A stretch of 64,000 nucleotides of DNA, from assembly GCA_037447605.1 (NCBI GenBank), contig CM074817.1:2581209-2645208 (forward strand), written 5' to 3'. The notes under the pieces were generated by a model. It saw only the letters and a program-made list of their open reading frames with translations, did not search any database and was not told the DNA's origin. The stretch is from Zygnema circumcarinatum SAG 698-1b. Taxonomy: Eukaryota; Plantae; Zygnematophyceae. How positions within the stretch are numbered: position 1 is the first letter of the stretch; each line of letters begins with the position of its first letter. The position numbers and the translations under genes were made by a program. This document shows positions 31,248 to 42,138 of the stretch, in pieces.

Positions 31248-34200
31248 CCGCCGCTCGCTGTTTTCCTCGCCAGAGCTGATGGTCCCGCCTTCCACGACCA
31301 GCCACGCCGCCCGACCTCCGCTGGGTCGGGAAGGGCTCGCGAGACGCCTCTTCGCAGGGGCGTGTGTCCAACTCATCGGCCGCGATCAAGCCGCCTCGAA
31401 GCGGCTGGGTCCCACCTGCCGTGAGTCCGGTGGGTTGTTCTACCGCCTCTCAGTGTGGCTTCGTCATTCCCGGTGGAAAGAACTCACTGCCCAAGCTTGT
31501 GAGTGGTGATTTGGGCATCACTTGTCGCAGTCTCGCAAATCGCTGACACCGCCGTTTGGACCATACCAAACTTATCCCGCTCTAAGCCGGATTCAAGGCC
31601 CTGTAAGTGTTTGATAAGTTCATCTCTCAACTTATCCCACCGCCCCTAATTTCAATGAGAGGCCCTCATACACACGGTATGCGGCTCTTTCAAAGGCTGG
31701 GTAAGCAAAGCTACCCACTGGAGGGGTGGCTGCTGGTCGCAGTAGTAACCTGCTTGATTCCAAATCCACCGCCAATCGAGCAGCCCGTGGTAGATGTTCC
31801 TCGCCTAAAAAGGAAAGAGGGGCTACCTGGCCCTCGACTCCGCCGCATCCTCAAGAGGTTATGGGAGCAAAATTCGGTGACCTGATCTCCTCCGCCTCAA
31901 GAAATGCCGACACGGGGTCCCTTCTATCGCCGGGTGGTTCGCCACCCCCATGGGAGTGGCTTCCCCCCGTGGAAAAACCAGGGGGTCCGGACTTCTGCCG
32001 GCTGCTTCCGGCAGCCGGTTGGGGCGTCGGGACAGACGACGCTACCGGAGTGGCTTGCCTAACCCCTTCCCCAGGACCTGCTGCATCCACTGCCTCTACA
32101 GCCTGAGGGGGGGTTCGGGGCATACCTTCCTCGATCCTTCTAACCTCGGCCCGAAAGGCTCCGAATCTATTTCCGAGCGCCAGCTCACCGACGGCGGATC
32201 AGCCCATGTCGCCCACCTTCCTGAGCAAAAATTTCAACGTATTCACGCTCTCAGCTTCCTCACACGCCTCTTCCCCTGCATCCTCTCAATCCCGCTCTCA
32301 TCTTCGGCCGCTACCACGTGATGCGGGCCTCCCCGGACACGTGGGTAGGCCCGCTTGAGGTTTCTACCGAGCCACGGGCCCGTTGGGTGGGGAGAGGGGC
32401 GGTGTTCTCCGGGTGACCTTGATCACCCGTGGGCTCGGGACTCGGCCCCTCCATAGGGACGGGCGTAGTCTCCGAAGTTCTCCATCTCCTCGCCCCGGGA
32501 ACGGAGCGGAGGTGGCGGGCCTCGTGGCCCCGGGTCCCTCCGGCCCTACGAAAGTGGTCACCATGACCCACTCAGGTTCTCCCAAAGTATACCGCAACGC
32601 TGCCTCGATGGATTCAATGCACCGAAACCGGGCCACCAAGGAATCACACACGCAGCACTCAAAGAAAACAGAAAGTTCGGGACAGAGGGATTCGTGAGAG
32701 TCGAGTGGGGGAGCGCTCAGCGCGGCAAATCAGATGCTGGGTATCGCGTTGGTCGGGTGGACGCATAGCCACCGCCTTTACGCTTCCCCGCCGAACCTCC
32801 TACCAAAGATGGAGGATCGGAAGCGGCCGCCCAACGGCAACCGCTGACGGCCCCTCTCTCACTGAACGGGTCATATTAACGACGCACGCCGGGCCAGATT
32901 CACAGCTACGACGCTGACGCGCCGCATGCTGTGCACGGTCGATCCTATGCTACGCGCTGGGTCCGGATTGATAACCGGCCCTACTCAACGGAACCTGCAT
33001 CAGACGACGACGGTTACGCCTAAACGTAGTGAAAGATGCGGGTCGGACGCATAAATCCTCGACTCACATCGGGCGACGCGATACGATATGTCTCGCAGAT
33101 ATCAAGGCCAAGACGTAACCTCGCGAACCTCGCAAGGGCTGGATCCCGTGACCCTTCCCCTTTGGCCCCAGCGGTCCCCGCCACGCCTTTGGCCACTCGC
33201 CCGCCGGTGAGAGTACCAGGGACGGGAGCGCCGCTTCCTGGCACACCTCCCGGCTAGCGCATCAGAAGGCTGGCCATACCTCGCGGCAGGGCGCTTCTCG
33301 CTTTGGGTATGGGCTCGGGGCGTTCTGTATTTCGCTTCTCGCTGCTTTATCAGGGCCGATCGTCCGCTGCTTCCGGGCCCCTCGTCGCCATGTTGGGATG
33401 ATGGTGATCTTCCGTTTGCTGTATCGCGCGGACGCTATGGTTTGCTTCCTCGGCCGGGTGCTCGTGCCTCTGGCGCTCGCTTGAGCCTTCCGGGCTTTCG
33501 CCGAAATTGCCCCACGCTATTCACTTCACTTTGACATGAGGTTTGCTGGCTACGAGTTCTCTACTCCTTATCATGGCTCTTTCCTTCGATGTTATACAAG
33601 GTTTCGGCTTCTCGGCTTTTGTGCGGGTCCCGCTGTGGCTTGCTGGTCAAGTTACCCCGACATTTTCCACCCCTCTCGCTTCGGACCACCCCGTGCCGCC
33701 AGCCATAGCCAGCGACTGGCCTCCTCGGGCCCCCATCCGCCACTGCAGGTTCTCCCTCGCCGCGTTTCTCATAAATTGCATTGACGCGCCAGTAGCGCTC
33801 ATCTACTACTGCGGCAATACCTGGCAACGATTTCGGCTCATACGTTGTGATGGCGTATCACGCGTGGCTCAAGAAGCTAACTACCCAGGCGTATCGTGAG
33901 CCAGCCACTGCGCGTCCCCACGGCCGACTATTCGGCGTAGCCACGAAGCCTCGATGGCTCTTGGCGGACGGTGCCCGCGTATTGGGATATTGCATACGAT
34001 CCAACCTGCCGCGATTTATTGTCACGCTAAAGACATCACGGCGCGCTGGGCCGCCAAGCGATGCGCTCCTTCGCAGTTGCCGCATATGCTCACCGTGTGA
34101 TGCACTTAATGCAGTTTGTTCCTATGGCTATTGAGATTTTTGGTCAGCTTCTCGACACCTGCCTGATACCTTCCTTCGCCAGCCAAGGCCCATCGCTTCT

Positions 34201-34600
34201 TTCTTCGAGATGATTTGCCCCTCGCTCTCCTCCCAGCGATCTTGGCTACCTTTTATCGGCTAACGTGATTTCCGTCGCCCTTCTCAGCTGTTGCCTCGCT
34301 TCTACGCTACTTCAAGTGCCAGTAGCTTGTTGGTGACCGTTGTGGATCTCCGCCCTCCTCGCTGACGCCAGCTTCACATCGGGTGACCTCAAGGCCGCTT
34401 CTAGGGTCGGCGCGAGCTGTGCTCTCTTGTGCGTAGTTTTCCGCTCCTAGCTTCGTTTTATTGTGTTTCGGTCCTTTGTGACCAGTCCTTCGTGGTTCCA
34501 CATTTTGCCTTTATCCATGTAAATTTGATGGCCTCGCCATCGCGAGTTCAATGAAAGTTTGCTTTGCGCCTTGCCATCGTGAGTTCAATCATACATCTTT
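31248..34600. mobile_element. Decayed DIRS-order (tyrosine recombinase) retroelement: YR remnant on + at about 33200-34130, low-complexity gag-like remnant on - at about 32650-31250
   Basis: Intron-free GC-rich block; fragments in YR order across frameshifts: QGFGFSAFVR (Arg-I), TPLASDHPVPP, AYHAWLKKL, VPTADYS, then RHHG/RW/SDA (box II); gag identity is weak. Confidence 0.55.
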
Positions 34601-34664
34601 TTCTCCGTAAGTACTGTACTTTTACCGCTATCACCAGAGCTCGCGAAATTGGAAAAATGGCCGA

Positions 34665-34892
34665 CATGGCAACGTTTTATTGGTCCACGTCATTACTTGT
34701 ACCCGCACGTCTCAATAAACTAAGGCACCTGACTCCAGTTTGCAGTTTCTGGTTTTCCAATTTTGGAACGTCCACGGCGTTGTTTTTAAAGCGGTGCTGC
34801 ATTGGAGGTGAACTAGCGAACTACTAGGAAAAAAATCCACAAATCAGAGCACGCCACGTCAGATAAATGGTGACGTGGCGTACGTTGATTGG
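34665..34892. promoter_or_regulatory. ETHE1 promoter cluster of UPR-type elements: ERSE-II/P-UPRE-like ATTGGTCCACGTCAT (34679-34693), UPRE TGACGTGG plus ERSE-I (34871-34892)
   Basis: Exact matches to ATTGG-N-CCACG and CCAAT-N9-CCACG, 50-270 bp upstream of the ATG. Confidence 0.6.
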
Positions 34893-34945
34893 CTGTGCTT
34901 TCTCATATTACCATCCATGTCACGGCATGAGAAACTCAGGAGAAG

Positions 34946-37829
34946 ATGGCATCATCCTCTGCCATCATCCTGCATCAACCTGCAACCTTCATTCCAATTC
35001 TTGCAGGAATTTCAGCGCCGCTTATTGCATCCAAACGTTGTGATTTCACTCCACTTTTTAAGATTTCCGCTTCTTTGCTTCGTGAAAAAAGACTTTTGCT
35101 AAACTTCGATCGCTCCTCGCATTCTCCGGCTGTCAACAGGCGTCTTGAACGACCCGAAAAGGCGCAGAAAGCGCCTGTACATACATTTGCTAGAAGATTT
35201 CGATCGGTGCAAGCAGCAAGCATGTCGGAGAAAAGCTTCTTTTTTCGTCAGATGTTTGAAAAGGAGTCTTCAACATACACATACCTCCTTGCTGACCTCG
35301 GACAGTCACACAGACCTGCAGTGGTAAGCCTTGCCTGGCTTTGATGTTGCTGGACCATCCTGCCTCCTGCATAGACACAGAAAATAATTTAAGCGAGCTT
35401 GATTCTGTGAGCTATGCTGAGCAAACGATACCATGAAAGTGATGTTGGTGAAAAGTTTTATGTGAGGATGAATATCTTGACATCTTTTTGTCAATGCTGC
35501 ATTCGAGCATTCTTATAGGAATCACAAATTTTCTGCTGACTTGTTCCTGGATGCGTTCAGAAGTGCTCCGAGAGCAATCAAGAGCCTCAAAAGGTTGTAA
35601 AAACTGGATGGCCTCTTGCTTCAACTTCAGCAGCAAATGGTCTCATCATTCAGAGCACACCATCCATGATTTCTCGATTTTCCTCTTTTTGATGTACAGA
35701 TCATTGATCCAGTGGACAAGACAGTGGACAGAGACATCAAGATCATAGAGGAGTTTCAATTGACGCTATTATATGCGCTTAACACACACATTCATGCGGA
35801 CCATGTGACAGGCACCAGGCTACTTAAGGTTGACCTGCTTGCCTTTTGGATACCTTCGAGTTATGTGGTGGTCTGGCTCAATGTTTCTTTTTCGTTTCTC
35901 TCCATTTTCATTTTCAGCTTGTTCGTAGTTTTCTTGTACAATTCCCTGTCTCTGTGGCTTTCCCCTCGTCTCTTCCAAGCTCCAGCCTATCCAACTCCTC
36001 TCCCTTTCCCCCCTCTCTCTTCGCCCTCCCCAAATTCTGCTGATTCTGCAGCCATCATTCAGACAAAATGTGCTGCTATGTGAGCGAAGTCTCCATTGTA
36101 CTAAATTTTATTATTAGTTCATATGAAACGCAGTCTGATTGATGTTCTTGCGTGTGTTGATAACAGGAGAAGCTGCGAGGAGTGAAGTCCATGATTTCGG
36201 AGGCAAGTGGTGCAAAGGCGGACGATTTACTGAAGCCCGGAGACAGAATAGAGTTTGGTAGGTTCAGTCTGGAGGTAACCATCTCTCAGCTCATTTGAAA
36301 CCAAAATCATTTTCAGCATTTCACAGGCTTCCAAACAAGCCTAAAATGGAACCGGCAGCTATGCTTGCTGATATACCTCTCAGCTTGAGAAAAGATGACT
36401 GCAGGTGAGGGCTACCCCTGGCCACACATCGGGATGCGTGACATATGTCACAGGTGAAGGCCAGGACCAGCCGTCACCTCGACTGGCTTTCACAGGCGAT
36501 GCCCTCCTTATAAGAGGATGTGGGAGGACTGACTTTCAGGTAAAAGGAGGCCTAGGGAGTTGGGACGTGTGTATCTTCGAAGCAGTAGAGAAGGTATCAC
36601 TTTTTTCTTTGAAATTTCTGAGATCTCCTTGAAGACTCCGGATGAGTAATGCTTGTTTATCTGTGTAGCAAGGAGACGCTCGAACGCTCTACAAGTCGGT
36701 GCATTCCCAGGTATGCAAGAAAGCTTTTGGTAGTCCTGTCCTTTATGTATGTATGATGTGGATGTAAGCACATGGATTTCTGATACAGCTATTCCTCAGA
36801 ATCCACTTAGCTATTTGGCTCTGCATGTACTATGTTACAGACAACGTTTCATACGATGCAGCTTTTGCTGAATCAACTGAGGTAGTTGTTTAGTCGAACT
36901 AAGTTTACCTCAACTCTGCATTGATAATTTGTTTGATTTGTTTCTTGCAGATCTTCTCTCTGCCACACGACACGTATCTCTATCCTGCGCACGATTACAA
37001 GGGTTTGACAGTAAGCATCTATCTTTTTTCTATGGATTTATAAAGCAGCTCTTCGAAACGGCCCTTTGTAAATTTCAGACGTGCCGGGTCTGGATTCAAC
37101 AATTGATTCGTCATTCATAGACTCCAAATTTTGAGTTTGTGAAGTTAACTTCTATAAAGCATACATTCTCAGTACTAGAACGGGAGAGTATGTGTTTGGT
37201 TAGTAAGCACTCTCATGTTTTGAACTTCTATTAATGTGATGATAACGTGACACAGGTCACGACGGTCGGAGAAGAGCTGAAGTACAACACAAGGCTCACA
37301 AAGTCTGAGGTGAGAGCAAGGATTTTACTCATTCCATAAGGCATGCTCTATGCTTTCAAAATCCAATTTCATCCCCTTCAGTTTTACGTGAGAGTACAGC
37401 CAATATGCGCCATTCATCATTCAGAGGCTCCATGCTCCATTCATCATTAGGGTCAGTTTTTTGTCGCTAAACCGGCAATTTTTTCGATTCCTGAATGAAA
37501 ATTTCTGACCTTGTTAATCTGGGGTTGATGGGATGTTTTAGGACGATTTCAAGGACATAATGGATAGTAAGCCCTTCACACCTTTTTTCATAATTGTCCC
37601 TCTGCATTTTTTGCTTTCTAAACTGTCCCCTACCCTCCTCCTTTTTCCTTCTTTTAATCAGAACTGCCTGTAAAGGAATACTTTTCTTAAAGTGGTCGAA
37701 TTGTTCCTACTTTCAGATCTGGGCCTTCCCTTTCCGAAGATGATGAAGGTGGCGGTTCCGGCAAACTTCGCATGCGGCTTTCAAGACGATTCCAGTGAGG
37801 CGAATCTCAAAGGGTTTTTGGCTTTTTAG
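34946..37829 (+). CDS. ETHE1: Persulfide dioxygenase ETHE1 with N-terminal transit peptide, 9 exons: 34946-35323, 35700-35828, 36167-36274, 36405-36539, 36669-36710, 36951-37010, 37256-37309, 37542-37566, 37717-37829
   Basis: [71 protein letters not shown]. Confidence 0.97.
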
Positions 37830-38541
37830 TCGACTGCCATACGGGGTTCAGGACGGAAAAGGAGACACCAATGTACAGATTCCTATATTTTGAGCCAAAT
37901 AGTTTCAATTTTGGCCCCAATATGTAGATCTTCTGGATGCCCAACCCTTTACTGAGCCTTTGCTTCAGTTCAGCACAACGGAATAGAGGCCTTCAATGCT
38001 TCATGTACATACATCATGGAAGGCGCTGTTACGGGGGACTGTAACTGGGGCATGTAGGTTCCTTCAGGGGCGAGGCTCGTCTGAGCTTTCAGGGGCCCTC
38101 GATTGTAGATTACTAACCATGACTTAACATTGTCGAGCTGAAACTGTTTTTCAGAGTAGACTTGAGAAATTGGATGCGTTGCTTGTTTTAAAAAACCCTA
38201 ACTATCTCATATTTCGAGCCGATAGCAGCAAATGAGAACGACTGCAGACTGCAAACCTTGAGCTTGCAAACCGAACTCGTTTCGTGAGATCAATGCCACC
38301 TTACTTCATCTCTTCTTCTTGTTCTTTTATAGGCCAAAAAAAAAGCCTCAACCTTAGTCGTTCTTATCGATACGATATAAGACGATGCGTTACGAATTGA
38401 TACCGTGCTTTACGATACGATGTATGACGATACGATATGTAGTTGATAATCGTGCTCTGTATCGCCCCGTAAACTTTCCGATCGTTTCCGCGACCCGGTC
38501 TGAGAGAGAGAAAGAGAGGGAGAGAGAAAGTGTAGGAAGCC

Positions 38542-41500
38542 ATGGCGCCTCCCCCGGGAAGCGACGTGGGGAGGCAGGCGAGGCGGAGGCAGAGGCACAG
38601 GCAGAGGCAGGCTTCTGTTTCTGTGGCTGGGCTGCTTCTTGGAACGCTTTGCGTTTGGTCTTTCTTCTGCTCTCCCTCTCGACGGTTGCACGATTCAGAG
38701 GAGAGTCGGTTAGAGGGAGGTTCTGCAGCAGGGGGAGGGAGGGGAGGAGGAGAGGGAGGGGAGGCGGGACAGCACGGAGGTGAATTTCCAGAGAAATATT
38801 TTTCTTTATTTTTCGTTGCTTAATTCGTGATTGTGGCTACATTGTTGTCGTGGTTCGTGGGGAATTTTTTTATGAAATTCGTTTGTCAAAGCGATTCAGC
38901 ATTCAGATATTTTTTTGCATTCTCTCTCCCACTTTCTCCTCCTCTCTCTCTCCCTCTCTCTCTTCCTCTCTCTCACTCTCGCGCTCTCTCTCCCCCTCTC
39001 TCCCTCTCCTCACTTCCCCTCTCTACCTCCCTCTCTTCCTCTCTCTTTCTCTCTCTCTCTCCCTCTCCTTTCTTTCCCTCTCTCCCTCTCTTTCTCTCTT
39101 TCTCTCTCTCTCCCTCCTAGCATTTTCGGTGTGGCCCTCAGACACAAGACGAAACAGAATCAAAGGAGGGGAAATGGAGGAAAGAAAAGGAACAAATAAT
39201 GCTTCTGGAGATCAATGACATGGGAGGTCCGTACAGACGGAGGAGGTTCTCTCTCGGGCTCAAAGGGCCAATCTCGCATCGCCACGTCACTGCAAATTGA
39301 GGTACCAAACGAGTTACACTTTTTAAAAATTAAATTTTTCACTACTTATGCTAAACTTATACCTGAGCATCTGAATTTCAAATTTGAGGTATAGGAAGGA
39401 GGTCTTCTCGCCCCACCCCCCCCTCTCTCTCTCTCACTCTCTCTCTCTCTCTCATACACACACACACACAGATGCGGCATCTAGCTTACATTTCTTGTGC
39501 TGTGCAGGACGACATTATATCTTCTGATTCTCCTCATATGCTCGCGACAGAATCTGCCCCAACCAACAGTGAATGGATGTCCTATGGAGAAGCGATATGG
39601 GGGCCTCGTCACATATGTAATTACAGTGAGATGGAAGTTAAAGGAATTTTGATAATGCCGCATGGATGCAAGTGAGTAAACTCATCCTGTCTCTCTCCCC
39701 CTCTCTCTCGTTTTATTTTTCTCTCTCTCTCTCTCTCTCTCGTCCTATGTCTCTCTCCCTTTCTCCCTCACCCCCCTCCACCTCTTTGTCTCCATATCTT
39801 TCCTTGATTTGATGTATCAAAGTGAACTTCATTCCCCAAGTATAATGATTGAAAGAAATCCCCTTTTTGGAATCGAACTTCTGTCTACTCCACGCATGAA
39901 CAACACGCATCATTTGCTTCCGTACTTTCTTCTTTGTGAAGCCCCTTCATGGACGAACTCACAAACCAGCTTCCGTATTTTTGCACGTAAAAAATGGTTT
40001 GAACCTTGCATACTGTTATGTTTACGTTTACGGTTTTGATATGTTTCGTGCATTGAAATGTTTCCGTTCATTTGGAGAGAAGGAGCAGGAGGGGCAGCCA
40101 TCAGGCGTTTATGAGAGGGAGGTGGGAGACAATGGACTCTGTGGTGTCTCTTCTTGTGAAGCCGCGGAGGTTTGACCTCACTTCCCATGAATGTGTGGTG
40201 ATTTGCATCGATCATGAGGTAGGTCCATATTATATTCTATATGTTATAGGGGGAGAGGGAAAGGGAAAGAGAGATGGAACCAATGGAGTCAGGAGGGAGT
40301 GGAGCAGAAGATTCTCTCTCTCTCCCAATCTGTCTCCAGTCCCCGCCACTCTCCCTCCCTCCCTCAATTCCTCCCTCCCTCTCTTTCTCCACCTCTCACT
40401 CACTCCCTCCCTCTCGCCTTCCCGCCCTCCTTCCCTCCCTCCCTGCTTCCTCAGTCCCTTCCACTTCAGCCTTTCCAGACGCGCCTTCTATGCTACTCTC
40501 CTTTCTCCCCTCTTCTAGTGGGTCTTCAGACTAAGAAAAGTCTCACAATTTTGGAATTCGAAATCAGTACACGCTTTCCCGTGGAATCCCCACAAATAGC
40601 GATATAAGAAGTACCGCCTTCAAAAGCATATTCCATATCGGTTTTTCCAAGCTTGAGACCCTCCCATGCCTCAAACCTGCGTTTTCTGCAGTATCCATGT
40701 CAAGACAGCACGTGCCTCCTCCCCATTTCCATGCGCCAAAATTCTACGGATTCACTAGTGGTGCGTCAAATGCTGACAGGCGGAGAGCTGGATATCCTCT
40801 CTCCTCGAAACAACTTTTCGTCAATTTTGGACGCAGGGGCCAATTGTGGAATTACTGCCACAATGTTTACAATGGTGTGAGTGAGGGCTACAGAATTCCC
40901 CCTATCCCTCTCTCCCTCTCCTTCTCTCCCTCGCCCTCTCTCCTCTTCCACACTCTCCCCCTCTCTCACCCGCCTCCCACCTTTTCCCCCTCTCCTTTTC
41001 CCTCCCCTTTCCCATCCCCCTATTCGTCTAAAAATTTAGGTAACTTTAAATGTTTCCTAAGTCTTGGTTTGTATTATAACAATGCGCCGCTTTGCTTGTT
41101 TGGATATTCTTTTGCGTTTCTCTGCTAAATTTAGAAAATTGCAGATTTAAAAATGCCATCATAGTGAGCGTTGAGCCGTCCTCTTCAAACTTCGAAATGC
41201 TTCAACTGAACACTCGAGCATATAGCCGCGTGGCTCCCGTGAAGGCGGCATTATGGGCACAAGACACAGAAAAACTGACTTTATCGCGAGGAGGTCGCGA
41301 TTTGTCTTTACCGGAGTGGGGGTACACTGCTCACGTTTCCAAGGTCCGTTTTTCCGCATTTGCCTGCAGCGCACTTTCTGATCTCTCCCTCTCCCTCTCC
41401 CTCTCCCTCTCCCTCTCCCTCTCCCTCNNNNNNNNNNCCCTCCCCCTCTCCCGCTCCCTCTCCCTCTCCCTCTTTCCTTCAACCTCCCCAGCCCTCCCCA

Positions 41501-41988
41501 CCGGAGCCCTCGTTCCTCCATTCCATTGTATGCAGATTCCCGACGAAAACATCATCGAGCAATCAGTTAAGGCGGTCTCCGTTCCCTCTCTTCTCAAACA
41601 CTTCGCTTTGACCGGCTTTGATCTGGTGAAGCTTGACATTGAAGGGAGTGAGTATGATCTTTTTGAGCCATCCCAAGAAGGTTCTCTAGAGTGGATAAAC
41701 TCCTCGCAAGTGGTAGTCGTTGAAATCCATGAAGATATGAGACCCAATTCCACCAGAAACGTTCTCGGCGCGTTTGACAAATTACCTAACTGGCGGCTCC
41801 AAGGACAGTTTGCTGAATACCACATTTTTGTGAGAGACGATGTAGACAAGAACTTGTTTAAAAAGCCCCTTTTCAAAGGAAGTTTTGTTGGGAGAAAGAG
41901 GAGACCTTCAAGGTTGAAAAGGATGAGAAGAGGACATGGGACTGAAAGGAGGAGACAGCGCGGGAGGAGAGATAAATGGAAGGAGTGA
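38542..41988 (+). CDS. FkbM-family (Methyltransf_21) SAM-dependent methyltransferase, probable N-terminal signal anchor; solid exons 39508-39671, 40089-40218, 40692-40876, 41145-41343, 41536-41988; 5' exons (38542-38779, about 39121-39301) do not join in frame
   Basis: ILDAGANCGITATMF, IVSVEPSSSNFEMLQLN, FDLVKLDIEGSEYDLF, VVVEIHE. Confidence 0.8.
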
Positions 41989-42138
41989 AAGGCTCTGGAA
42001 GTGAGGTTTGGAAAAGATTGATATTGAACTGCGCAACCGGCAGGCTTTTTTGGATAACAACACTCTAGGGTTTAACGGAAACATTGATCCTGTTCTTGAG
42101 ATGGAAAACACTTTCTTAAGTCACGTTTCTATGCCCTC

